Source: Eledone cirrhosa
Taxonomy: Eukaryota
Assembly: GCA_964016885.1 (NCBI GenBank)
Contig: OZ024743.1
Location: 268,894,001-268,958,000, forward strand
DNA length: 64,000 nt
Reading direction: 5' to 3'
The position numbers were made by a program, and so were the translations under genes. Positions 1 through 14,422 of this stretch are shown piece by piece (position 1 is the first letter of the stretch; every line of letters begins with the position of its first letter). A model generated the notes under the pieces. It saw only the letters and a program-made list of their open reading frames with translations, did no database searches and was not told the DNA's origin.

Positions 1-336
1 AATGTGTTTATTATCGGGGCTATCTTTTTTACGAACTGCATTGTATAGTGTTTTGGCCACTACATCATGCCTCATAGGTAGATAGTACCGCGATGACATC
101 TTTGGACAGCTGCTGATGACATGGGTGATATCCTCGATGTTAGTTCTGCAGAGTCTGCACTTGTTATCACATCTAGGTGTTTTGCCTGCATCCCTATCTC
201 TTTTGTGAATCAGGTATTTCGTGCTAATCTCCTGTTCTTGGATTGCACTAGCGTATCCTTCAAAGTGGGAGCCAATATAGCGGTTGTTGGTCCAAGATAG
301 ACTACTTTCCTTATCTATATTACTCTCACTCTGGAT
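1..336 (-). mobile_element. R4/Dong-like non-LTR retrotransposon fragment (CCHC zinc-knuckle region), cut by the window edge
   Basis: Minus strand reads FEGYASAIQEQEISTKY...CRLCRTNIEDITHVISSCPKMSSRYYLPMRHDVV. Confidence 0.85.
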
Positions 337-740
337 GTATGTATGTATGTATGTATGTATGTATGTATGTATGTATGTATGTATGTTGACTTGTTATTCT
401 TTTTGGTAAATATCATCTTGGTTAAGAGAGCGGGACTGGCTTTGTGCAGTGCCTTTGCTCACTATAAAAGCTTCACGGCGCAGGCATTGTTTTATATCTG
501 GAGATCTCTCTGCACTTGTCGTTACATGGTACCATGGGCCCAGCACTATGTGTCAATAATTGTCACAAGTGTAGTGTTTGTACCAGAGTTTTCAAGTCGC
601 TGGCTGGACTAAAAAGTCACACTCGTTCAGCGCATCGGTAGGGGTTCTCCTACATGGATATAAAGTAGTGGCCGTACTCGAAAACGAGTTGGCAGCCACC
701 ATGTATATATATATATATGTGTATGTATGTATATATATAT

Positions 741-1153
741 CCGGGAGAGATGACCCCTTAGCCTTTGTAAAAGCAGAATTCTAGGAGAAGGAAAACTCTG
801 ATATAACACCTGCAACCCTGGTGGTATCCAATGATGTTGACTGGTTCTTCTTTTTGGTAAATATCATCTTGGTTAAGAGAGTGGGACTGGCTTTGTGCAG
901 TGCCTTTGCTCACTATAAAAGCTTCACGGCGCAGGCATTGCTTTATATTTGGAGATCTCTCTGCACTTGTCGTTACATGGTACCATGGGCCCAGCACTAT
1001 GTGTCAATAATTGTCACAAGTGTAGTGTTTGTACCAGAGTTTTCAAGTCGCTGGCTGGACAAAAAAGTCACACTCGTTCAGCGCATCGGTAGGGGTTCTC
1101 CTACATGGATATAAAGTAGTGGCCGTACTCGAAAACGAGTTGGCAGCCACCAT
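741..1153 (+). mobile_element. RTE-derived non-autonomous (SINE-like) element, representative copy; others at 385, 1196, 1655, 3113, 3475, 4933, 5297
   Basis: Contains RTE 5'UTR-type motif ctaggagaaggaaaactctgatata; 3' part encodes an RTE-type C-terminal zinc finger (CSVCTRVFKSLAGLKSHTRSAH in copies with ggactaaaa); ends gcagccaccatg + microsatellite. Confidence 0.75.
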
Positions 1154-2087
1154 GTATATATATATATATGTGTATGTATGTATGTATATATATATCCGGG
1201 AGAGATGACCCCTTAGCCTTTGTAAAAGCAGAATTCTAGGAGAAGGAAAACTCTGATATAACACCTGCAACCCTGGTGGTATCCAATGATGTTGACTGGT
1301 TCTTCTTTTTGGTAAATATCATCTTGGTTAAGAGAGTGGGACTGGCTTTGTGCAGTGCCTTTGCTCACTATAAAAGCTTCACGGCGCAGGCATTGCTTTA
1401 TATTTGGAGATCTCTCTGCACTTGTCGTTACATGGTACCATGGGCCCAGCACTATGTGTCAATAATTGTCACAAGTGTAGTGTTTGTACCAGAGTTTTCA
1501 AGTCGCTGGCTGGACAAAAAAGTCACACTCGTTCAGCGCATCGGTAGGGGTTCTCCTACATGGATATAAAGTAGTGGCCGTACTCGAAAACGAGTTGGCA
1601 GCCACCATGTATATATATATATATATATGTGTATGTATGTATGTATATATATATCCGGGAGAGATGACCCCTTAGCCTTTGTAAAACCAGAATTCTAGGA
1701 GAAGGAAAACTCTGATATAACACCTGCAACCCTGGTGGTATCCAATGATGTTGACTGGTTCTTCTTTTTGGTAAATATCATCTTGGTTAAGAGAGTGGGA
1801 CTGGCTTTGTGCAGTGCCTTTGCTCACTATAAAAGCTTCACGGCACAGGCATTGCTTTATATCTGGAGATCTCTCTGCACTTGTCGTCACATGGTGCCAT
1901 GGGCCCAGCACTATGTGTCAATAATTGTCACAGGTGTAGTGTTTGTACCAGAATTTTCAAGTCACTGGCTGGACTAAAAAGTCACACTCGTTCAGCACAT
2001 CGGTAGGGGTTCTCCTACATGGATATAAAGTAGTGGCCGTACTCGAAAACGAGTTGGCAGCCACCATGTATGTATGTATGTATGTAT

Positions 2088-3076
2088 GTTCTTCTGGTTT
2101 TATAATTTCACAAAGTTTTACCAATAGAGGGGGAGTCGGTTTCTAACATAGACACAAGATTCTCTCATTGGAATTTACACACCATCAACTACGTAGATAT
2201 GTATGCATGTGTAGATATGGATATTATTGTATGTGTGGATGTGTATGCTTTGAGTTGTATGTGTGCATGTGTATATGCTTTGCATCTGTACATTTTATAT
2301 GCAGTTATTAGATGCAAAATTTTTTGGAATGTTTTACATATTTTTACTGTTCCATTAATGGATTGTACTTGTAATTTCCTAACTAGTTGGGTTCTTTCTG
2401 TTCGTGTGAAGCCTAGCTTCTCAAGATTTGTATTGGAGCAGTTACTAACATACCCCAGTGCCCCAATAATCACAGGCATAAATCTGAAGGTGTAATCAGG
2501 GTGGAGTATCTGCAGATTTCTCATCAGTTCTGCATAAATATTCTCCTTTTCGCTAATCTTTGATATTATATTGGCATATGCTGGGCACCTAATTTCCACT
2601 ACTGTGCATGTTTTCTTCTCCCTGTCCCATATCATATCTGGTCTGTTATGCCTGCATTTTATTGGGGTTTTTACTGGAACATTCCACCAGTACTCTTTCA
2701 TATTATGTACATGGATGTCTTCCACATTGCTGTAGCTTTTAATGTGTTTATTATCGGGGCTATCTTTTTTACGAACTGCATTGTATAGTGTTTTGGCCAC
2801 TACATCATGCCTCATAGGTAGATAGTACCGCGATGACATCTTTGGACAGCTGCTGATGACATGGGTGATATCCTCGATGTTAGTTCTGCAGAGTCTGCAC
2901 TTGTTATCACATCTAGGTGTTTTGCCTGCATCCCTATCTCTTTTGTGAATCAGGTATTTCGTGCTAATCTCCTGTTCTTGGATTGCACTAGCGTATCCTT
3001 CAAAGTGGGAGCCAATATAGCGGTTGTTGGTCCAAGATAGACTACTTTCCTTATCTATATTACTCTCACTCTGGAT
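2088..3076 (-). mobile_element. 5'-truncated R4/Dong-like non-LTR element: CCHC knuckle, restriction-like endonuclease, 3' UTR; bounded by (CATA)n
   Basis: ORF 2189-2839 has RHD, HNRPD..WD, VVEI.CP, K...Y and PVIIGALG motifs; upstream CRLC..EDITHVISSC; 3' end aaaccagaagaa followed by (CATA)n. Confidence 0.9.
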
Positions 3077-3907
3077 GTAAGTATGTATGTATGTATGTAT
3101 GTATGTATGTATGTTGACTTGTTATTCTTTTTGGTAAATATCATCTTGGTTAAGAGAGTGGGACTGGCTTTGTGCAGTGCCTTTGCTCACTATAAAAGCT
3201 TCACGGCGCAGGCATTGCTTTATATCTGGAGATCTCTCTGCACTTGTCGTTACATGGTACCATGGGCCCAGCACTATGTGTCAATAATTGTCACAAGTGT
3301 AGTGTTTGTACCAGAGTTTTCAAGTCGCTGGCTGGACAAAAAGGTCACACTCGTTCAGCGCATCGGTAGGGGTTCTCCTACATGGATATAAAGTAGTGGC
3401 CGTACTCGAAAACGAGTTGGCAGCCACCATGTATATATATATATATATGTGTATGTATGTATGTATATATATATCCGGGAGAGATGACCCCTTAGCCTTT
3501 GTAAAACCAGAATTCTAGGAGAAGGAAAACTCTGATATAACACCTGCAACCCTGGTGGTATCCAATGATGTTGACTGGTTCTTCTTTTTGGTAAATATCA
3601 TCTTGGTTAAGAGAGTGGGACTGGCTTTGTGCAGTGCCTTTGCTCACTATAAAAGCTTCACGGCACAGGCATTGCTTTATATCTGGAGATCTCTCTGCAC
3701 TTGTCGTCACATGGTGCCATGGGCCCAGCACTATGTGTCAATAATTGTCACAGGTGTAGTGTTTGTACCAGAATTTTCAAGTCACTGGCTGGACTAAAAA
3801 GTCACACTCGTTCAGCACATCGGTAGGGGTTCTCCTACATGGATATAAAGTAGTGGCCGTACTCGAAAACGAGTTGGCAGCCACCATGTATGTATGTATG
3901 TATGTAT

Positions 3908-4896
3908 GTTCTTCTGGTTTTATAATTTCACAAAGTTTTACCAATAGAGGGGGAGTCGGTTTCTAACATAGACACAAGATTCTCTCATTGGAATTTACAC
4001 ACCATCAACTACGTAGATATGTATGCATGTGTAGATATGGATATTATTGTATGTGTGGATGTGTATGCTTTGAGTTGTATGTGTGCATGTGTATATGCTT
4101 TGCATCTGTACATTTTATATGCAGTTATTAGATGCAAAATTTTTTGGAATGTTTTACATATTTTTACTGTTCCATTAATGGATTGTACTTGTAATTTCCT
4201 AACTAGTTGGGTTCTTTCTGTTCGTGTGAAGCCTAGCTTCTCAAGATTTGTATTGGAGCAGTTACTAACATACCCCAGTGCCCCAATAATCACAGGCATA
4301 AATCTGAAGGTGTAATCAGGGTGGAGTATCTGCAGATTTCTCATCAGTTCTGCATAAATATTCTCCTTTTCGCTAATCTTTGATATTATATTGGCATATG
4401 CTGGGCACCTAATTTCCACTACTGTGCATGTTTTCTTCTCCCTGTCCCATATCATATCTGGTCTGTTATGCCTGCATTTTATTGGGGTTTTTACTGGAAC
4501 ATTCCACCAGTACTCTTTCATATTATGTACATGGATGTCTTCCACATTGCTGTAGCTTTTAATGTGTTTATTATCGGGGCTATCTTTTTTACGAACTGCA
4601 TTGTATAGTGTTTTGGCCACTACATCATGCCTCATAGGTAGATAGTACCGCGATGACATCTTTGGACAGCTGCTGATGACATGGGTGATATCCTCGATGT
4701 TAGTTCTGCAGAGTCTGCACTTGTTATCACATCTAGGTGTTTTGCCTGCATCCCTATCTCTTTTGTGAATCAGGTATTTCGTGCTAATCTCCTGTTCTTG
4801 GATTGCACTAGCGTATCCTTCAAAGTGGGAGCCAATATAGCGGTTGTTGGTCCAAGATAGACTACTTTCCTTATCTATATTACTCTCACTCTGGAT
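3908..4896 (-). mobile_element. Second identical copy of the R4/Dong-like 3' fragment
   Basis: ORF 4009-4659 is identical to ORF 2189-2839. Confidence 0.9.
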
Positions 4897-5751
4897 GTAA
4901 GTATGTATGTATGTATGTATGTATGTATGTATGTTGACTTGTTATTCTTTTTGGTAAATATCATCTTGGTTAAGAGAGTGGGACTGGCTTTGTGCAGTGC
5001 CTTTGCTCACTATAAAAGCTTCACGGCGCAGGCATTGCTTTATATCTGGAGATCTCTCTGCACTTGTCGTTACATGGTACCATGGGCCCAGCACTATGTG
5101 TCAATAATTGTCACAAGTGTAGTGTTTGTACCAGAGTTTTCAAGTCGCTGGCTGGACAAAAAGGTCACACTCGTTCAGCGCATCGGTAGGGGTTCTCCTA
5201 CATGGATATAAAGTAGTGGCCGTACTCGAAAACGAGTTGGCAGCCACCATGTATATATATATATATATGTATGTATGTATGTATGTATATATATATCCGG
5301 GAGAGATGACCCCTTAGCCTTTGTAAAGGCAGAATTCTAGGAGAAGGAAAACTCTGATATAACACCTGCAACCCTGGTGGTATCCAATGATGTTGACTGG
5401 TTCTTCTTTTTGGTGTGCAGTGCCTTTGCTCACTATAAAAGCTTCACGGCACAGGCATTGCTTTATATCTGGAGATCTCTCTGCACTTGTCGTCACATGG
5501 TGCCATGGGCCCAGCACTATGTGTCAATAATTGTCACAGGTGTAGTGTTTGTACCAGAATTTTCAAGTCACTGGCTGGACTAAAAAGTCACACTCGTTCA
5601 GCACATCGGTAGGGGTTCTCCTACATGGATATAAAGTAGTGGCCGTACTCGAAAACGAGTTGGCAGCCACCATGTATGTATGTATGTATGTATGTATGTA
5701 TGTATGTATGTATGTATGTATGTATGTATGTATGTATGTATGAATGAATGT

Positions 5752-7990
5752 ATGTTCTCGTTTTATTATTTTATAAATTTTCACCAATAGAGAGCTGGTC
5801 TTTCATTGGAATTTAGCCATCAACTAGTTAAATAGTATGTATGTGTGCGTGCGTGTGTCTCCGGGTATCGGTGTTATTACGTGTATGGATTTGTATGTTT
5901 TGCGTTATATCTGTACACGTGCTTATGTTTCTATATCTATACATGTGTATATGTGTATATGCAGTTGTAACATGCTGAATTCTTAAAATGTTTTACATAT
6001 TTTTACAGTTCCATTAATGGACTATACTTGCAATTTCCTAACTAGCCGTACACTTTCTGGTTCTGTGAACCCCTGCTTCTCAAGATATGTACTCATTTAT
6101 ATTACTCTCACTTGGAAGCTTTCGGGTAACATAGTCATGCATGACATTTTGCTGATCAGCATGCAGCTTTTCATCCATGTATTTGTTGCAATATTGCCGT
6201 GCAATTTCCCTGGGTGTGAGTTTTTAGTTATCATGCAGAGAGTAATTCTCAAGCCCTCACGATGTTATTTGCCTCATGTAAACAGACTATAGATGGGCCT
6301 CTACGCTTGGTGGTTCATGGATATCGGAGGGATATAATGCGATACTCAAATGCTGTTTGGACCAAGGTTAAGACTCTGCCTCATCTGTTTTCGTGTCAGG
6401 TTGGGGCGGTCTATGCCATTGTTAATTTGGAATATCCGGTGCCAGTTAGAAACTTTCGGGTTTTAATATCAATGGCTCGCATCTCATCTGGCGTCCTGTC
6501 AAATAGTCCAAATGTTGGTGTCATACATGCACAGCAAACACATTGTTGGGTACTGACTTATTGTGCACAGGGAGTTCAGAAGACCATATTTTTTTTATTC
6601 TGATGTTCTATTCCCTGGCTACTCGTTTTGTTTATTACAAATTCTATCATAGGATATATTTTCATCTATTTCTAAGTATCTGTAGCGTCAGACACCGGTG
6701 AAATCGCCAGGCCATTGATAGAGATATTGATAGATTGGCTTGTAATTTCCCCTCGCTTTACAATCATATAGGAATATTTATCTTGGCCAATCTTCATTCC
6801 TATATCTTTCGCGAACCTCTTAACCAGATCAAGGTTTTTCTTCATGCCTTTTATATTCTTGGCATAAAGGTTTAGGTCAGCTTGGTATATGTATATCTCT
6901 CTTGAAAGCTTAGTGACATTCGATAGAAAGTTAGTTTTTTTCTACCACTGACAATCAAGTTTTTTCTTGATGCTTTCTTATCTCGAAGTCTTCCGATCAG
7001 AGTCTCAAGGGTATCATCATTGATGCTGTATGTTTTTGGTGTAATGCAGGGAGAGTAGTACGTTTGAATATATTTCACCCACATTGCATCTTTGTTAAAT
7101 ATCTTTTCCTCACCCCATATTTTTCTCCGGAAGGAATCTGTCTTTCTAGGATGGGGCCTCAGTGACATTTATTGTTTTGCTCCTCATATCTCTATAGACT
7201 GATGTTTAGTTTCAGCTGAATCTTTTATTAATCATTTTCCTTTCTGCCACTCTCTTCTTATATCAGACTTTCTCACTGACAGCTCTCAATTCTTGTTTGA
7301 AGGTGACCAACTTGTATTGAAGAGTTCTACTTATAGCCTACAAACATAATTTCTATTTTATTTTCATTCTTTGTTGGTGAGGAATGTTGTTTTTGTGTTT
7401 GTTTATGTGTAATAAGCATTGTCACATGACCGATAGTTTTTCGTAGTTCAGTGATATTTTTTCTATTTTTGAAACATACGATCGTATTTTTCTGCTGTTT
7501 TCTTTTCGTTAACATCTCTATTATCACCAAGATAATGCTTCACTGTCATTGCTACGGTGTTTAGACAGACGTTAATTTGCTCAAACGTAGGAGTTTTAAT
7601 TTGTCGTAAATATTCACCTTCAATTTCGTTGATAGCATGCAGAATTTCATTATTTGGTTTCTTGTTTAATGTCGTTTTATGTCTTTTTTGAGAGAAGGTT
7701 TTATACACAGATTAATCTCTATTTGTAATGTTTCGTTAAGAATATATTTTAACTGTTTATACTCTTCCCTTTCCCAGCTAATTGTAGACTTATTATCATT
7801 GGCTGTATTTTGATGTTTGTAGTTAACGTGACAACGAGATATAGTAGTTGTGACACGTGGTGTCAAATTTGTCGCTAGTATGGCTGTTTCAAGAGACAGT
7901 TTGTGTATTGCTGTTGCTTGTTGTTGATGATCGGAATGGCTACACGAAAACCTAGTAACATGGCGGCCTTTTGTGACACATGTTGATTAC
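5752..7990 (-). mobile_element. Degenerate, internally deleted R4/Dong-like element of a second subfamily (RT remnants)
   Basis: Minus-strand remnants LYAKNIKGMKKNLDLVKRFAKDIGMKIGQDK, YRYLEIDEN, KKIWSSEL, IDIKTRKFL and RKLQV.SINGTVKICKTF; 3' end abuts (CATA)n. Confidence 0.8.
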
Positions 7991-8204
7991 CTGTCCGATC
8001 AAGAAAACTTGGTGCTCAGAAGATATAATATTGGCTAGTGTTAAGCGGCACAACAAAATGATGTAGAAGACACCAAGAAAAAAGAACACAATAGTCACGT
8101 GAAATGAATAGAGACATATCGCAATGAAATAGGCGTTATGGTTGGTCCTGTAATATTGGTAATAAATAGAAACTCAGTGGTCATCGGTCGTCGAAATGAA
8201 CGGA

Positions 8205-8400
8205 TACAGAGAGTTGAAACTGTCAGGTGGTATTTATTCCAGCTCTTTACATTCTGAGTTCAAAACTGAGCGAAATTGACTTTGTTATTCATCCTTACGA
8301 GGTCGATAAAATAAAGTTCCAGCAACGCACTGGGGTCGATATAATGAATTTTTCCCTTTCCTTCAAATTGCTGGCCTTGCGACAAAAATAGAAACAATTT
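8205..8400 (+). mobile_element. tRNA-derived SINE family A (diverged)
   Basis: B-box gagttcaaa, core ttcatccttacgaggtcgataaaataaag, tail ttgctggccttg..agaaacaatt. Confidence 0.7.
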
Positions 8401-8499
8401 TGGTTGTTGTTTCTGCCAGATCAGCCTTGATTGAACAGAATAACTACCAACGGTCATATAATCAAGAAATTGTCATCTGTTTATGCTCAAAAATGTCTA

Positions 8500-8845
8500 C
8501 ATTAACCGACGTGTTCTTCTTTAACACTTACTTTACTGGCACTCCGTCGGTTACGACGATGAGTTTTCCACTTGATCCGATCAACAGAACAGACTGCTCG
8601 TGAAATTAACGTGCAAGCGGCTGAGCATTCAACAGACACACGTACACTTAACGTAGTTCCCATGGAGATTCAGCGTGACACAAAATGTGACAAGGCTGGT
8701 CTAAAGGCACAACTCATTTTTGTCAGCTGAGTGGACTGAAGCAATGTGAAATAAAGTGTCTTGCTCAAGGACACAGCGCGCCGCCGGGAATCGAACTCAC
8801 AACCTTACGATTGTAAGCCGAATACCCTAACCACAAAGCCAAGTA
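8500..8845 (-). mobile_element. tRNA-derived SINE family B; relatives near 34280-34535, 54480-54620, 56080-56185, 63085-63215
   Basis: Minus strand has A/B boxes (tggttagggt..., gagttcgattccc) followed by gtgtccttgagcaagacactttatttcac. Confidence 0.7.
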
Positions 8846-10227
8846 CCTTTATCTTAAACAACATACATACCAAACGACATAAAAAACATCCTTCGGTCTA
8901 AAGCTATTTATTTCAATGTGTTTATATTCATCTACAAAACCTCCACAATAATTCTACGTAAGAACCTTTGTTAAGTTATGTTCCAAACACTAACTTAACA
9001 TTTAATAAGTTACGTATATTAGTAAATACGTCCAAATTCTTTATCATATTTGAAAATCATAGGCAGTGAGTTTATTTCGTAAGAAATAAGGTAACAAGGG
9101 TTTTTTTTTAGGAAGATTTCACTGCTATTTCTCACAGGTCAAGCAACTATATACAGACTCTCTTGTTGCTTCTGCATATTTTCTAGAACATTTTCTCACC
9201 TCCGGCATCAGATGCCTATTTGAACCGTAGCAAAACAGTTTTCGTATTACCAATAAACCAACTATATACCAAAATGGAGTGTTTTTTACCGTCAGGTATG
9301 GGATTTCAGCAGCGAAAACCAAAACGGATTTCTCTTGTAACAAATAAAAATTTAAATTTAAAGAGTTCTTATGTTCAAAATCCTGAGAGGTTTTTTTTTT
9401 AATACGTTCATAGAAATTCTTATAAATACCACACTCCAGGCAGTTTTCTGCTAGCATATATAATGTATGTGTGTATCTGTGTGTGTATCTGTGTGTGTAT
9501 CTGTGTGTGTATCTGTGTGTGTGTGTGTGCAGGAGCGTTTGTGCGCACATGTGTTTTGTAGTATTTGTATCAATGTATACAAATGTATATAAAAAGGGAA
9601 AACTCACATTTTTTGTTGGAATGATACGAACTTGCACAAGAGAGCGACGCCTGTGTGATTAAGCATAGACAGGAGACAAACTAATCGAAATGTGTGTAAA
9701 TGTCAAGGTCAAGAAATAGTAGAGTCGTTAAGGCGTTGGAGAAAATGCTTTTTGGCATTTGTTTTCTGGGTTCAAATCGCACCGAAGTTAACTTTGTTTT
9801 TCACACTTTTGCAGTCGATAAATAAAATAGCAGTTGAGGGACAGTGGATTGGTGTAATTGAAATAGTGTTTAACAGGTCACTTTGTGATATTTACTCCGG
9901 CATTCTGTGTGTTCTGAGATCAAATCCAGCATCCTTTCACCGGAAAAAGCGGCGTTACTTCTGCCAGGGGTTGCGATTGACAAATAGTATCAGCAGTGAA
10001 AAAATAAATGGAAACATAATTACTTTGATCCGATTTGGAAGATAGGTTTGTTCTTACTTGTGACAATGTCTAAAACATTATTCTGTCTCCTGGGTAACAG
10101 CACAACACAAAATGGATGGAATTTCAGCGATGGATTCTCTAAGACTGGAATCAGCAGCATATTTTTGTTTGTTATAAAAACAAAAAAAACTTCTGATTTG
10201 AAAATACAGTCGCCAATGCAGATAACT

Positions 10228-10945
10228 ATTATAATTGTGTCTATCTTTGGCACAAAGTCAGCCATTATCCCAGTGCATTACTGGTGCTTTACTTTATCGA
10301 CCCAGTAAGGATGAAAGGCAAAGTTAACCTCGGTGGGATTTGAACTCAGACTGTAAAGGGCCGTAACTATAATAATTGTTTCTACTTTTGTCACAAGGCC
10401 AGCAATTATCCGAGTGCATTACTGGTACTTTATTTTATCGAACCCGTAAGGATGAAAGGCAAAGTTAACCTTGGCAGGATTTAAACTCAGTTCATAAAGA
10501 GCCGTAACGATATGCTGCAAAGCACGGCGTCCGACCCGTTACTGATACTGGCAATCCACTATAATAATAAACAATAATTATGAATAATAGTTGAATAAAT
10601 CAGGCAAATTATCTCAGGAGAAGTAAAAGGTGGACAGATACTCTTGCGGGAGATCGAACAACGCATCTTTTGTATATCGAGCAAGCACGTTCAACTATTA
10701 CACTAAAGGTTCTTTGACCGATAATAAAACCGTTTTAGATTTAAGCGGGCTATTAGAAGTGGAAACAAGGCTTGTTTGATTAACGAAGCATCGGGACATT
10801 TCAAATATGAAAATATAGTCGTCAATGCAGATAATTATAATAATTGTTTCTACTTTTGGCACAAGGCCAGCAATTACCCAGTACATTACTGGTACTTTAT
10901 TTTATCGACCCCGTAAGGATGAAAGGCAAAGTTGACCTCGGCAAT
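10228..10945 (-). mobile_element. Cluster of three family-A SINE copies (about 10228-10365, 10370-10560, 10835-10945)
   Basis: Repeated gtaaggatgaaaggcaaagtt.acct and aattgtttctacttttg. Confidence 0.85.
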
Positions 10946-11666
10946 TATAATAATAGTTGGTCTACATGCGTATTGTACGAAAACTAAATATAAAAATTTG
11001 AAAAAGTCCGGGACTCAGAGAACACAACAATGCCCCACGTATTCTGCCGGTTGCCGATCCTTGCTCTGAGAGATCGTTTGATTGACTAGAAATATCAGCC
11101 AAATCTCTCTTGATTTGAGCCTTACTAAGATTGCAAGGTAGGTTTACAGGTAGCAGATTACACTACATTTTAGGACTTCATGCTATTTAAAGAACAATTT
11201 ATTGGATCTACTTACTACATTAGAATTTAAATTTTAAAAAGAAAAAAACACTATAAATATATTAAATTACCAAATGTGTATATTACATCCGACCTACATC
11301 TAATTCTTATACATATACACCACCGATTTTCCAGTAACTAATGGTCCTGCTTCACTTTTAATAAATTTAAACGGGGACCTAAATTTCCCGTGCGCTACCA
11401 TATTAGATAATCTATATTAGTAGGTTACCGGATGATATTAGATTTAGTTTCAAACATTTGAAGCCTCATATTATTATCGTTGATAAGCCGACGAATAAAT
11501 GGCCAGAATGTTGACTAAAATGATTTACCGTATTCGTTTCGGCGCTCTGTGCTCTGAGTTCAGATTCCGCTGAAGGCAACTTTGCCGTTCATCTATTCAG
11601 GGTCGATAAATAACGTATCAGTCAAGTAATGGAGTCAATTCTTACTCTATATCTCTTTCTCATTTG

Positions 11667-11701
<35 letters not shown>

Positions 11702-12917
11702 TCATTCTTCATCTCTTCTTTGGAAGAAATCAGATGCGTTCAGATCTGAAGAACACCCTTACGACTCCTTTATGGTTTATGGTCCCATGGATAGCTATGG
11801 ATGTATACACTTGTACCTCAACGACTTTCGGGCACCCTTGGATTATTCGTTTTGCCAGACAAGATAAGTCACTAGAAATATATTGCGAAACTGGAAACAG
11901 CCTCTCTTACTCTCTACTATAATAGTGTACGTATAGATACGTAACTCCTGATGAACACGTAGTGGCGCCGTCATGGCATACGGCGTGTATTTGGTATTTG
12001 TTAAACCTAGCAGAGCCCGTCACTCTCAAGGTCTGAACACAGTCCATTTATTCCAGAGAAGAATTGACACTGGTACTGCTACTTTATTTATTAACCTCGA
12101 AATGGTGAAAAGCAAAGTGGAGCCTGATGTGAATGGAACTCCAAGCTCTGAATGCCAGAACGAATATCACCAATCATTCTATCCGATGTCCTAACGAGTG
12201 TGCCAATTCGATGCCATTAACGATGTAGTTTTTATATTATTAACAAAATCATAATTTTGGGTTCCTTTCTAACAAAATCTGCTGCTAGTTGTTTTAATAT
12301 TTGTGCTACTTTCATGCAACTGATGTGGCCGGAAGAAGGGAAGAGGGAAAGGAAGGAAGAAAGAAATAAAGAAAGAAAAAAACGAAAGAAAGTAAGAAAG
12401 AAAATGAGGAAGAATGAAAGAGGAAAATTGCTTCAAAGAAAGGTTAATGAGTGAAACAGAGAATTGAAAGATAGGAAGACGGAAGAGCGGAGGAAGGAGA
12501 GCTAAGCGTAAAAGAAAAAAAATCAAAAAGAAAATAAACGAAATAATGGAAAATAAATAAATAAATGAAAGGAAAAGAAAGAAGGAAACAAAGAAAAAGA
12601 AGGAAGGAAAGAAAGACAAAATGGATGATAAATTGAAAGAGTGAAAGATCGATTGTGTTATCAAGCTAGACACGCATCAACTATCGATTATTGATATAGC
12701 TCTAGTTAAAATGGCTGCCCTATGAAAGTGTCGGGCACACACACATGTATATATATATATATATAACACACACATATATATATATATAACACACACATAT
12801 ATATATATATATATAACACACACATATATAATAAGTGAGCAAAAGGACGGAGCAAATAGACAAATCCAACGAAACATGATTTCGGTCTTGAGCCACCCAT
12901 TCTGGGATGAATAATCG

Positions 12918-12996
<79 letters not shown>

Positions 12997-13001
<5 letters not shown>

Positions 13002-14422
13002 GAAGATATAGTAAACTCACGGCTAGAACTACCGATGACAACAATGTTGTTTACATGTCCACCACGTGGTTTTCGTGTAGATCACTGAATCTGGAGGTTG
13101 TAATCCTTTCACAGTCGGGTATAACCCCTCCTGGGTCGGCTGGAAGTCAATATCAACTGTCGCACTTTGCCTTTAATGTGGTTTTATAATTTATCGTATT
13201 TGCAGCACAATTCATATTCCACAATTTCAATATTTACCTTCTCATTAGTAACTCCCAACGGTTGTCTTCCAGCCGACCTAGGAAGGGTTATACCCGACTG
13301 TGAAAGGATTACAACCTCCAGATTCAGTGATCTACACGAAAACCACGTGGTGGACATGTAAACACCATTGTTGTCATCGGTAGTTCTAGCCGTGTGTTTA
13401 CTATATCTTCTGCAGTACTTGCACACACCAGAAATTTACACTTTTTCTAATAAGCTCCCCTATTAACCTAACCATCACTGCTTTTCCTTCACTCTGCCCT
13501 AGGTAATTCCATAGGCGGAGTTTTCTATATACGCTTTCTGTCTACGAGACTAACTAGCCATTACGAATAGCATTTACTGTAGTATATTTACATATGGTAT
13601 GGCACTTTAGCCCGATGCAGACTGGGCCATACTGTGTATTTCACGTGGGACGTTGGGTTGCGTAACCGAACGTGAAGACTGTGAGAGATAGCAGATATTG
13701 CGGACCCGTTTTATTTCCACTTCCTTCATTGGAGTGCCAGCAGTGCATGTACTCTGCTTTACCTCACTTCATTGTATTCTGTTTGGGATTTAAGGTGTTC
13801 GTTGCCGACTGCCTCTGTGGAAAAATCCTCTATGCGTGTATTTGGAAACCTAGTATTATGTCGCCTAATACTTGGAACTGGAACCAATGGATAGAGGGTG
13901 GTGGCCGGATATGGAGAAATCAACGTGTTACAAGGCGATACTACTGGAGTGCACCATTTTTCCTATAAACAATCCTGCCTGTAAAGCTGCACCACAGCTA
14001 ACCAACATTTCTGTTTACTGACGCCTGCTTACAAGCTTTCATACTCTGCCTGTAAATCATGTACTTGCACTCCTTGTGAATTGATGTATCTATGCTTGGT
14101 TTGTTTTTTGATCATGCTGAGTAACACCCTCATTCATTTTTTACTCTCCTCTCTCAACCTCCTTATGATCTATTGCACCATTTATGTGATAAACATTTGA
14201 CGTATTTTTTTATGATGTAATTTTTTGCTACATTATATTATCATGTATTGTGTGCCCCCTACTTGTCCTTCTTCTTTGTTCTGGGGACTAGGCTCGATGG
14301 AGCCTGCAACCTTTGGTATACTTTTGTTTATAGGCTCTGATGATTCCTGCCCTAGGGTATGGATGGAACATTGTTAGCAAATAAAACAATGTATTTCTAA
14401 GCACTCTTTGGTTATTCCAAAA

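Larger units (their letters stand above)
1..5750. repeat. Composite tandem array: ~990-bp R4/Dong-like 3' fragment alternating with ~455-bp-period RTE-derived units; 1820-bp higher-order period
   Basis: aatgtgtttattatcggggc recurs at 1, 2741 and 4561; ccgggagagatgacccc starts units at 741, 1196, 1655, 3475 and 5297; identical ORFs repeat 1820 bp apart. Confidence 0.95.

Noticed and set aside
821-1114. Repeated 97-aa hydrophobic ORF family (MVSNDVD...)
   Set aside because: Lies within a SINE-like repeat; stop position varies among copies
2515-2530. CTGATGAGAAA on the minus strand (also near 34920-34950 and 53990)
   Set aside because: No convincing stems; the first lies inside endonuclease coding sequence
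10630-10700. tRNA-like A/B boxes here and in SINE heads
   Set aside because: No complete cloverleaf; best read as SINE heads or relics, not tRNA genes
11945-12000. CTGATGA followed by a hairpin
   Set aside because: No GAAA box or cleavage triplet in register
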